This document shows positions 1 to 8,424 of a stretch of 64,000 bases of DNA, one piece after another. This DNA comes from an uncultured cyanobacterium (GTDB taxonomy: Bacteria; Cyanobacteriota; Cyanobacteriia; Cyanobacteriales; Cyanobacteriaceae). Location: assembly GCA_963749915.1 (NCBI GenBank), contig CAVVOP010000021.1:96001-160000 (forward strand). The letters are read 5' to 3'. The translations under genes were made by a program, and so were the position numbers. Within the stretch, counting starts at the first letter, position 1. Each line of letters starts with the position of its first letter. The notes beneath the pieces were generated by a model. That model was not told the DNA's origin. It saw only the letters and a program-made list of their open reading frames with translations, and did not search any database.

Positions 1-505
1 CGAAGAAACCCCCGGATTAATCGCCGATAATCAATGGAAAAAAGACCGATTTAACTGGGAATGGACAGTGGGCGACACCGTTAATATGTCCATAGGGCAA
101 GGCTTTACCCTTGCGACTCCCCTACAACTAGCGGTCATGTTTGCTGTACCTGCCAATGGCGGTTATAAAGTTATCCCCCATCTCTATCAAGACAAAGCCA
201 CCTATCTCAAAAAACGTGAATCCCTCAATTTAAAACCCCAAACCGTTAGTACCATTCGAGAAGGATTACGAGCAGTCGTAAATGGAGGTACAGGTACTAG
301 AGCCAGTATTCCAGGAGTCGCCGTAGCGGGGAAAAGTGGTACAGCCGAAGCACCTCCGGGAAAATCCCATACCTGGTTCGGTGGTTTTGCCCCCTATGAG
401 AAGCCTGAAATCGTCGTAGTTGCTTTTGTTGAACATTCTGGTGGAGGGGGTGGTTCAACGGCTGGACCTATTGTCAGACAAGTTTTAGAGGCATATTTCA
501 AATGA
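1..505 (+). CDS. mrdA: Penicillin-binding protein 2 (transpeptidase), C-terminal part; 5' end outside window
   Basis: SIGQG motif, KSGTAE (KTG-type) motif and HTWFGGFAPYE..VVAFVEHSGGGG typical of the PBP2 C-terminus. Confidence 0.85.
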   Translation, partial: EETPGLIADNQWKKDRFNWEWTVGDTVNMSIGQGFTLATPLQLAVMFAVPANGGYKVIPHLYQDKATYLKKRESLNLKPQTVSTIREGLRAVVNGGTGTRASIPGVAVAGKSGTAEAPPGKSHTWFGGFAPYEKPEIVVVAFVEHSGGGGGSTAGPIVRQVLEAYFK

Positions 506-520
506 TTGATAATTGATAAT

Positions 521-536
521 CATTAGACCTCTTGCA
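521..536 (+). repeat. Left arm of a perfect 16-bp inverted repeat (CATTAGACCTCTTGCA); partner at 2759-2774
   Basis: Exact reverse complement of 2759-2774; followed by GGGAATC heptamer repeats. Confidence 0.8.
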
Positions 537-680
537 CAAGTCGGGGAATCGGGAATCGGGAAATTTTTAATCCAGAAAATCGACTCCCTACTCCTTACCT
601 CTTGCTTCCAATTCTGGAAGAGAAAAAGAAACAATGGAAATTTGTGTCAAGATAATGATTAAGCAATTATCAAGGGAAAA

Positions 681-2627
681 ATGACACAAACAACAATGGC
701 AAGTTATGGTTCATGGCGATCGCCTATTAGTTCTGATTTAATTGTATCTGATACCATTGGTTTAGGGGCAGTAAAATTTGACGGTGATAATATCTATTGG
801 TTAGAAAGTCGCCCATCAGAAGGCGGTAGATCCGTGATCGTCAGTTTAAAAGAGGATAGTACAACGGAAGATATTACCCCCAAACCCTTCAATGTACGTA
901 GTCGTGTCCATGAATATGGCGGTGGTGCATTTTTTGTTCATGAAAGCACAATTTATTTTACCAATTTTGCAGATCAACGGGTATATCTACAAAGAAAAGG
1001 AGAAACACCTCAACCCTTAACTGGTGAATCTTTCCTTCGTTATGCCGATTTTTCCTTCGATAAGCCTCGTCATCGTTTAATTTGTGTCGCCGAAGATCAT
1101 AGTAATCCTCATACTGAACCGGAAAATAAGTTAGTTACTATTGATTTAAGCACAGGAGAAGTGAAAACTCTGGTAAGGGGTGCAGATTTTTACTCCTCTC
1201 CCCGTATTTCTCCCGATCACTCTCGATTGGCATGGTTAGCATGGCATCATCCGAATATGCCTTGGGATAGTACAGAATTATATTTAGCCCATATTAACCC
1301 TGATGGTAGTTTAACCCATATAGAATTAGTGGCAGGGGGTAAAAATGAGTCGGTTTGTCAGCCGGAATTTAGCCCCAATGGCACATTATATTTTAGTTGC
1401 GATCGCCGTAATTGGTGGAATATTTATCGCCGAGAAAACAACGGAGAAGTCAAGTCATTGTACGCCTTGGACGCGGAGTTTGGTTATCCTCACTGGGTTT
1501 TCGGGGAATCAGTTTATGGTTTTGCCGATGAGAATACTATCATTTGTACCTATACTCAAGACGGTATTTCTCATTTAGCCAGTTTACACACCCACAATAA
1601 AAGCCTAACAGATCTCAATATTTCCTTTACCAATATTGCTTATTTACAAGTAAACGGTGATAACACTTTGTTTATAGGAGGCTCACCTACTCAACCCACT
1701 GGGGTAATAACAATCAATATTGCCACTGGTGAAACTAAAATTCTGAAACAATCAAGTAACCTACATATAGATACAGGTTACTTAACTCAACCCCAACAAA
1801 TCGAATTTCCCACCAGTAATGGTAAAACCGCTTTTGCATGGTATTATCCTCCGAAAAACAAGGATTTTTGTGCACCAGAAGGAGAATTACCACCTTTATT
1901 GGTCAAAAGTCATGGGGGGCCAACGGCGGCAACTAGTGCCAATTATAATTTAAGAATACAATACTGGACAAGTAGGGGTTTTGCTTTTGTGGACGTCAAC
2001 TACGGTGGTAGCACTGGATACGGACGAGATTATCGCCAGAGGTTAAATAAAAATTGGGGAATTGTCGATGTAGAAGATTGTATTAATGTTGCTAAATATT
2101 TAGTGCAACAGGGTCAAGTTGACGGGGAAAAATTAGCTATTTCGGGCGGTAGTGCTGGAGGTTATACAACTTTAGCCGCCCTTACTTTTCATGATACTTT
2201 TAAAGCAGGGGCGAGTTATTATGGTGTCAGCGATTTAGAAGCCCTAGCCAAAGATACCCATAAATTTGAGTCTCGTTATTTAGATAATTTAATCGGCAAA
2301 TATCCCGAAGAAAAAGCAATTTATCAACAGCGATCGCCTATTAATCACCTAGATAAATTATCATGTCCTCTGGCATTTTTTCAGGGATTAGAAGATAAGA
2401 TTGTTCCTCCAAATCAAGCAGAAATGATGGTCAAAGCTCTTGAAAAAAAAGGAATTAAAACAATTTATATCACCTTTCCTGACGAACAACATGGATTTAG
2501 AAAAGCTGAAAATATTAAACGAGCTTTAGACAGTGAATTTGAATTTTATGCTCTTATTTTTAATTATCAAATAGCTGATAAAATAGTCGATTTACAAGGT
2601 TTTCCCAATCCAAAATCCAAAATCTAA
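681..2627 (+). CDS. S9 family serine peptidase (acylaminoacyl/dipeptidyl peptidase)
   Basis: HGGPT oxyanion region, GGSAGG nucleophile elbow, D in EDKIVPP, H in EQHGF; N-terminal beta-propeller. Confidence 0.92.
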   Translation: MTQTTMASYGSWRSPISSDLIVSDTIGLGAVKFDGDNIYWLESRPSEGGRSVIVSLKEDSTTEDITPKPFNVRSRVHEYGGGAFFVHESTIYFTNFADQRVYLQRKGETPQPLTGESFLRYADFSFDKPRHRLICVAEDHSNPHTEPENKLVTIDLSTGEVKTLVRGADFYSSPRISPDHSRLAWLAWHHPNMPWDSTELYLAHINPDGSLTHIELVAGGKNESVCQPEFSPNGTLYFSCDRRNWWNIYRRENNGEVKSLYALDAEFGYPHWVFGESVYGFADENTIICTYTQDGISHLASLHTHNKSLTDLNISFTNIAYLQVNGDNTLFIGGSPTQPTGVITINIATGETKILKQSSNLHIDTGYLTQPQQIEFPTSNGKTAFAWYYPPKNKDFCAPEGELPPLLVKSHGGPTAATSANYNLRIQYWTSRGFAFVDVNYGGSTGYGRDYRQRLNKNWGIVDVEDCINVAKYLVQQGQVDGEKLAISGGSAGGYTTLAALTFHDTFKAGASYYGVSDLEALAKDTHKFESRYLDNLIGKYPEEKAIYQQRSPINHLDKLSCPLAFFQGLEDKIVPPNQAEMMVKALEKKGIKTIYITFPDEQHGFRKAENIKRALDSEFEFYALIFNYQIADKIVDLQGFPNPKSKI

Positions 2628-2629
2628 AA

Positions 2630-2730
2630 GCGGTCGGACCCCGCGCCGCTGAAAGGCGCAAGCGGTGGAAGCCCGCGACGACGGAAGTCGCAAGGGAACG
2701 TCCACCAAGAGAGGGAATGCCGACCAAGAG
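2630..2730. other. GC-rich multi-stem structured element (candidate ncRNA or miniature mobile element) inside an AATCCAA heptamer repeat
   Basis: Nested complementary stems GGTCGG/CCGACC, GCGCC/GGCGC, GGTGGA/TCCACC, GCGAC/GTCGC; heptamer repeat on both sides. Confidence 0.55.
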
Positions 2731-2758
2731 ATCCAAAATTAACCGAGAAATCTATTTT

Positions 2759-2774
2759 TGCAAGAGGTCTAATG
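2759..2774 (-). repeat. Right arm of the 16-bp inverted repeat (TGCAAGAGGTCTAATG)
   Basis: Exact reverse complement of 521-536. Confidence 0.8.
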
Positions 2775-3050
2775 TTGGTTTTTAAGATAATATTTTTGTT
2801 TATTATTTATTTCATAAATGCCGTTAATTCCTTCACTGTCTAGGTTTTTGTCTTCCGTGTCTAGGTTTTATCCACAAAATTGAGATAAAACTTAATATTT
2901 CTGTTGACAGTTCTGAAAAAAAGAGATATACTAACAACTATGAAGGATGAAAATTCCTTTTCGGGTGTGAGGAAATTAAATAGAACAACCTTTGGGGTCG
3001 AAACATGGCAAGACTCCCAGGGGTTTTTCTTTTTTAGGGCGAAATTTACC

Positions 3051-4001
3051 ATGAGCAAGCAAAATCCATCTTTACCGACATCATTTGTAATTGTTACGGG
3101 CAGATTTATCTGGAAAAGTCTATGGCGGTTGATGATGTCTCAATTAGCACCTAGCGATGAGAAGGGAAGCTATAATCGTCCATCAAGTCAATTTCGTCAC
3201 CAAATCAATCAAGAAAAAGACAGTATTTATACGGCAGAAAAGGGGCGCTATTGTTTATATGTGGGGATAAGTTGTCCTTGGGCTCATCGTACTTTAATGG
3301 TAAGGACATTGAAAGGCTTAGAGGATGTAATAGACTTTTATGTCGTTATTCCCGCAGTAAATGAGGGGGGGTGGGTAATGACAAACATCTCCGAAAATTG
3401 CCGAACTTTGCGCCAACTTTATGAATTATCCCAACCCAATTATAAGGGACGTTGCACGGTGCCAGTATTGTGGGATAAAAAAACGAAAACTATTGTTAAT
3501 AATGAAAGTAGTGATATAATCACTCTCCTTAATAATGAGTTTAATAATTTTGCCAAAAATGCAGATTTAAACTTATATCCCGATGATCTGAAATGGAGAA
3601 TCGATCAATGGAATGAGAAAATTTATCATCATATCAATAACGGTGTTTATCGTTGTGGTTTTGCTCAAACTCAAGTAGCTTATGAGGAGGCTTGTAAAGG
3701 ATTATTTGCGACTTTAGATGAAATTGAGGTAATTTTGACTAATAATCTTTATTTATGTGGTGATAGACTAACTTTAGCAGACATTCGACTATTTACTACT
3801 TTAATCCGTTTTGATAAGGTTTATTATAGTTTATTCAAATGTAGCTTAAAAGCCCTGGCAGATTACCCTAATTTAAGTAGATATATTCAAGAAATTGACA
3901 ACTTACCAGGCATAAAAGATACCTATAATTTAACGGTTATTAAACAAGATTATTATGGTAATTTATTCCCTCTTAATCCCAGTGGAATTATACCTTTATA
4001 A
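3051..4001 (+). CDS. Glutathionyl-hydroquinone reductase (Xi-class glutathione S-transferase, YqjG/ECM4-like)
   Basis: CPWAHR active site, TVPVLWDK..IVNNES, NNGVYRCGFA, LFPLNPSGIIP. ATG 3051 preferred over the TTG at 2904, which runs through repeat DNA. Confidence 0.88.
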   Translation: MSKQNPSLPTSFVIVTGRFIWKSLWRLMMSQLAPSDEKGSYNRPSSQFRHQINQEKDSIYTAEKGRYCLYVGISCPWAHRTLMVRTLKGLEDVIDFYVVIPAVNEGGWVMTNISENCRTLRQLYELSQPNYKGRCTVPVLWDKKTKTIVNNESSDIITLLNNEFNNFAKNADLNLYPDDLKWRIDQWNEKIYHHINNGVYRCGFAQTQVAYEEACKGLFATLDEIEVILTNNLYLCGDRLTLADIRLFTTLIRFDKVYYSLFKCSLKALADYPNLSRYIQEIDNLPGIKDTYNLTVIKQDYYGNLFPLNPSGIIPL

Positions 4002-4094
4002 AATCTAGCTAATAGCTTTATGTTTGAAAATTGAACTCTTTTTCCATAGGGTTTTCAGGACTTTTTTGCATCACTGAGCTTCACAAGAGGATTT

Positions 4095-4745
4095 TTAACG
4101 CCTTCTTTCTTGTAATTTTTTATAGACATCTCTTAAGTTAACTTGGTGATAAGCTAAAGCTACTAAGGAATGATAAAATAAGTCGGCGATTTCTCCAGCA
4201 ATTTCTTCTGGGTTATCGTCTTTACAAGCCATTACCACTTCTGCTGCTTCCTCCCCAATTTTTTTCAATATTTTATTATCTCCTCCTTCATATAAAATAC
4301 AAGTGTAAGAACCTTCCACTGGATGCTCTTTCCGATCGCAAATTAACTTAAACAATTCCGATAAAGTGTCCGCAGGAGGTGGAGATTTAGAATGATCTAT
4401 ATGATGAAAACAACTTCTTTCGCCAGTATGACAAGCCACATCACCAATTTGCTCAATAGTCAATAACAAAGCATCACTATCACAATCGTAGCGAATAGTT
4501 TTTACTTTTTGAATATGCCCGGAAGTTGCACCTTTATGCCATAATTCTCGACGAGAGCGACTCCAATAATACGCCTCTCCAGTCTCTAAGGTTTTTTGTA
4601 ATGATTCTCCATTCATCCATGCCATCATCAACACTGTGCCGTCTAGATAGTCTTGAGTAATAACTGGTACTAATCCTTGCTCATTGTAGCTAATTTTATC
4701 AACGGGGATTGATTGACTTAGAGGAATTGAAGGATTAATAGACAT
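4095..4745 (-). CDS. hisIE: Bifunctional phosphoribosyl-AMP cyclohydrolase/phosphoribosyl-ATP diphosphatase
   Basis: [40 protein letters not shown] motifs. Confidence 0.96.
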   Translation of the reverse strand: MSINPSIPLSQSIPVDKISYNEQGLVPVITQDYLDGTVLMMAWMNGESLQKTLETGEAYYWSRSRRELWHKGATSGHIQKVKTIRYDCDSDALLLTIEQIGDVACHTGERSCFHHIDHSKSPPPADTLSELFKLICDRKEHPVEGSYTCILYEGGDNKILKKIGEEAAEVVMACKDDNPEEIAGEIADLFYHSLVALAYHQVNLRDVYKKLQERRR

Positions 4746-4875
4746 GGGCCAAGAATGATTTATGATTAACTAGAATTCAGTTTTCTATAATCATATCAGG
4801 ACTAGGTGACAAAAATTTGGTTTTTCTGAATATTTAGGATTAGGAACAGAGAATAGTAGTTAGCCAGAAAATTTT

Positions 4876-5706
4876 ATGACAATTAGACCCCGTAAACAGT
4901 TTGGACAACATTGGTTAAAAAGTGAAAATGCTCTCAATCAAATTATTATTGCCGCCGAACTTAAAAGGAGGGATCGTATTTTAGAAATAGGACCTGGATT
5001 AGGTGTTTTAACCGAGAGAATTTTTCCCTATGTTGACAAATTATTAGCGGTAGAAATAGATCGAGATTTATGTAAGAAGTTAGTATTTAAATACGGTAAA
5101 ATAAGTAATTTTTTATTAATTGAAGGAGATTTTTTAGATCTAAATTTAAATAATATTTTACAAAAATTTAATACTTTTCAAAATTATAATAAAGTCGTTG
5201 CTAACATTCCTTATAATATCACAGGACCCATTATTGAGAAATTATTAGGTACCATTAGTAACCCGGCCGAAAAACCTTTAGAATCCATCGTTTTATTAAT
5301 TCAAAAAGAAGTTGGCTATCGCCTTGTTGCCAGTCCAAATAATAAGGTATATGGTGCGTTGTCAGTCAAAGTGCAATATTTGGCAGACTGTGAAATTTTC
5401 TGTGATGTACCAGCAAAAGAATTTTATCCCCGCCCAAAAGTTGACTCAGTGGTAGTGAAAATAACGCCTAAAAAAATAGATAACCCAGCGGATAATCCTA
5501 AATTTTTAGACAGTCTGATCAAATTGGGATTTGCAAGTCGTAGAAAAATGCTAAAAAATAATTTAAAATCTATTATTGAACCAAAAAAATTAACGGATTT
5601 ACTAACAAAATTAAAGATCAACGATCAAGCCCGTGCTGAAAATTTAAGTGTGTCAGAATGGATTAATTTAAGCAACGGTTTAAACCAAATGATTAAAGAA
5701 TCTTAA
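4876..5706 (+). CDS. rsmA: 16S rRNA m6,2A dimethyltransferase
   Basis: RKQFGQHWL, LEIGPGLG, VANIPYNIT, PRPKVDS, RRKMLKNNL. Confidence 0.96.
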   Translation: MTIRPRKQFGQHWLKSENALNQIIIAAELKRRDRILEIGPGLGVLTERIFPYVDKLLAVEIDRDLCKKLVFKYGKISNFLLIEGDFLDLNLNNILQKFNTFQNYNKVVANIPYNITGPIIEKLLGTISNPAEKPLESIVLLIQKEVGYRLVASPNNKVYGALSVKVQYLADCEIFCDVPAKEFYPRPKVDSVVVKITPKKIDNPADNPKFLDSLIKLGFASRRKMLKNNLKSIIEPKKLTDLLTKLKINDQARAENLSVSEWINLSNGLNQMIKES

Positions 5707-5886
5707 ATGAGCAATTTTGGGTACTTTTTGCCTCTTCTACAGTAGTTATGATAGTTAAGGAAAAGTCTTGATCTTATGACTATTTGGTATGTTACCTGAA
5801 AAGTTTCTTGCTATCATCAAAAAATATCCGGAAAATTTCCTGAGATCATAAATACAAGATTAAGTTCTCGAGCCTTGAGGAAGATT

Positions 5887-7173
5887 ATGAGTACAACAAT
5901 TGATCATGAGTCCAAGTTAACGTTCTTGGGACAACCTGCAGAGCAAGGCAGATGGTTCCTAATTCCTTTGGGGATGATAATTTTACTCTGCTTGGGAAGT
6001 GTGTATTCCTGGAGCATTTTTAGAACCCCCTTGGAAAATGAACTGGGAATTAGTGCGACTCAAAGTCTTTTGCCATATACCTTTGCTTTGGTTTTTTATG
6101 CGGCAACAATGCCCTTCGCTGGTTTTTACATTCCTCGGATTGGTACCCGTGTCACAACGGGGATCGGAGGTATTATCGTAGGCTTGGGCTACATTCTTTC
6201 CAGCTTTGCCACGGAGATCGGAAACCTAGTCTTCACCTACGGGGTTATTGCTGGCGCTGGAGTTGGTATGGCCTATGGTGTCCCCATGGTGGTCATATCG
6301 CGCTGGTTTCCTGACCAGAAAGGATTGGCTCTGGGATTGACGATCATTGGATTTGGGCTTTCGCCCCTGATCACCGCTCCTCTTGCCAACCAACTCATCA
6401 GTACCTACACGGTTCGACCCACCTTGCGTATTGCTGGTATCGCTTTTACAGTCATTATTCTAGCCCTGGCCCTGACTATGAAGTTACCGCCTAAGGGCTG
6501 GCATCCTCGGCCGAATGTCGCAACTTCTTCTACAGTGACCTCGGCCTCAGCCTACCCTAGGAACTTATTCAAGAGTCGATCTTTTTACGGGCTTTGGATT
6601 TGCTACGGCATTGGAACCCTAGTTGGTTTGAGCGCGATTGGTATTTCCAGTCCAGTTGGGGAGGAAATTATTGAGATCAATCCGACTGTGGCTGCTGGCA
6701 GTGTCTCCTTGTTTGCCCTGTTTAATGGAGTAAGTCGCCCGTTGTTCGGTTGGTTAAGCGATCGATTCAAGCCTCACCATATCGCCATTTTCTCCTATGT
6801 GCTGATCTTAATAGCCTGTGTATTAATGGTGAATGCTCGAACTGGCCAGATCGCCACCTATCTCATTGCCTTTTGCCTGTTTTGGTTCTGTCTTGGTGGT
6901 TGGTTGGCCATGGCCCCAACCATAACGCTGCGCTTCTTTAATCCTGACCAATATGCTCAAAACTATGGCATTGTCTTCACAGCCTATGGCGTTGGTGCTT
7001 TGATTGGAACGTTGGTGACGGGTCGCATTCGAGATTTATTTGGGTCATATAACTATGTGTTTTACCCGATGGCGTTTTTGGCGATTATTGGGATTTTTAT
7101 AGCCTGTATGCTGCTTAAACGGGAAAGATCCACAGTAGACCCCGTTCTGGATGAGAACATAAATCAAGAATAG
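5887..7173 (+). CDS. MFS transporter, oxalate/formate antiporter (OFA)/L-lactate type
   Basis: About 12 hydrophobic helices, GSVYSWSIF, RWFPDQKGLALG, NYGIVFTAYG; ATG 5887 has a GAGG RBS. Confidence 0.85.
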   Translation: MSTTIDHESKLTFLGQPAEQGRWFLIPLGMIILLCLGSVYSWSIFRTPLENELGISATQSLLPYTFALVFYAATMPFAGFYIPRIGTRVTTGIGGIIVGLGYILSSFATEIGNLVFTYGVIAGAGVGMAYGVPMVVISRWFPDQKGLALGLTIIGFGLSPLITAPLANQLISTYTVRPTLRIAGIAFTVIILALALTMKLPPKGWHPRPNVATSSTVTSASAYPRNLFKSRSFYGLWICYGIGTLVGLSAIGISSPVGEEIIEINPTVAAGSVSLFALFNGVSRPLFGWLSDRFKPHHIAIFSYVLILIACVLMVNARTGQIATYLIAFCLFWFCLGGWLAMAPTITLRFFNPDQYAQNYGIVFTAYGVGALIGTLVTGRIRDLFGSYNYVFYPMAFLAIIGIFIACMLLKRERSTVDPVLDENINQE

Positions 7174-7206
7174 TGGATGATTAACATCAGTTAAGTACTG
7201 TAAATG

Positions 7207-8235
7207 TTAAACCATTTGCCACCTCATCTCTTGACCTGCCCATAAGGGAACGAGTCCAGATTCCAGAAAGGGAACTTCATCGGGTATACGCCAGGTTGTT
7301 TTGGTCAAAGTAATCTGTTCGGTATTGCGCGGGAGTTGATAAAAATCCGGTCCATAGAAACTGGCAAAAGCTTCAAGTTTATCAAGTAAATTAGCACTCT
7401 CAAAAGCTTCTGCGTATAACTCCATGGCATGCAGAGCGGAATAGCAACCCGCACAGCCACAGGAATTTTCTTTGCTATTGCGGGGATGGGGGGCGCTATC
7501 GGTGCCCAGAAAAAACTTGGGATTGCCAGATGTTGCTGCTTGCAAAAGTGCCAAGCGATGCTTCTCTCGTTTTAAAATTGGTAAACAATAAAAATGGGGG
7601 CGAATGCCACCTTGGAAGAGAATATTACGGCTAAATAGTAGATGTTGTGGCGTGATGGTGGCGGCGATCTTATTGGTTGCTAGGACAAACTGCACGGCAT
7701 CGGAGGTGGTAATGTGTTCTAGTACCACCCGCAGCTGGGGAAATCGCTGCTTGAGGGGAATCAAATGTTTCTCTATAAAGACCTTCTCGCGGTCAAACAC
7801 ATCAACATCTCGGTCTGTCACTTCCCCGTGCAGTAATAAAGGTATGTCTACCTGCTGCATCATTTCCAAGACGTGATCGCATTTACTAATGTCACTTACA
7901 CCGAAGTCTGAATTGGTGGTGGCACCGGCTGGATAGTACTTTACCCCTTTGACAAACTGGGATGCTTTAGCTGCGATAATTTCTTCGGGGCTGGTGTTAT
8001 CGGTGAGATAGAGTGTCATCAGTGGCTCAAACTGTTTGTCAGTAGGAATTGCTGCGATAATGCGATCGCGATAGGCAGCAGCATCAGCTACTGAGCGTAT
8101 TGGAGGCTTTAAATTCGGCATGATGATGGCGCGGGCAAACTGATGTACGGTATGTGGCAGAACTGCTTTGAGTGCCTCGCCGTCTCGTAGATGCAGATGC
8201 CAGTCGTCGGGTCGGGTTAGAGTAAGATTTTGCAT
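7207..8235 (-). CDS. pyrC: Dihydroorotase (homodimeric, E. coli type)
   Basis: RPDDWHLHLRDG, MPNL, KYYPAGATTNS, EHITT, FLGTDSAPH; ATG at 8235. Confidence 0.96.
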   Translation of the reverse strand: MQNLTLTRPDDWHLHLRDGEALKAVLPHTVHQFARAIIMPNLKPPIRSVADAAAYRDRIIAAIPTDKQFEPLMTLYLTDNTSPEEIIAAKASQFVKGVKYYPAGATTNSDFGVSDISKCDHVLEMMQQVDIPLLLHGEVTDRDVDVFDREKVFIEKHLIPLKQRFPQLRVVLEHITTSDAVQFVLATNKIAATITPQHLLFSRNILFQGGIRPHFYCLPILKREKHRLALLQAATSGNPKFFLGTDSAPHPRNSKENSCGCAGCYSALHAMELYAEAFESANLLDKLEAFASFYGPDFYQLPRNTEQITLTKTTWRIPDEVPFLESGLVPLWAGQEMRWQMV

Positions 8236-8424
8236 TTTTCTATCATAAAGCACCTAGTGCTTGAACAATTTTGAAATTAGGGGTTGTGGTAGCAGGGGAG
8301 AAGGGCGGTGGGAGTTGGCAGAGAAGATTTTTTGTTTGAGTTTTTAATCTTCTGTTTATCCTTCAAAACAAAGTTGTCAGAGTAGTAGAAATAAATTGCC
8401 CCAACTATGCCGTTTTTGGCTACA

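Noticed and set aside
2630..2730. Hammerhead ribozyme or group II intron domain V/VI identity for the structured element
   Set aside because: No CUGAUGA/GAAA core in the right arrangement and no domain V catalytic hairpin recognised; kept only as an unassigned structure.
2904..3050. N-terminal extension of the GST ORF
   Set aside because: Runs through intergenic repeat-like DNA (CTTTCGGGTGT motif also near 15556 and inverted near 42094); ATG 3051 is more plausible.
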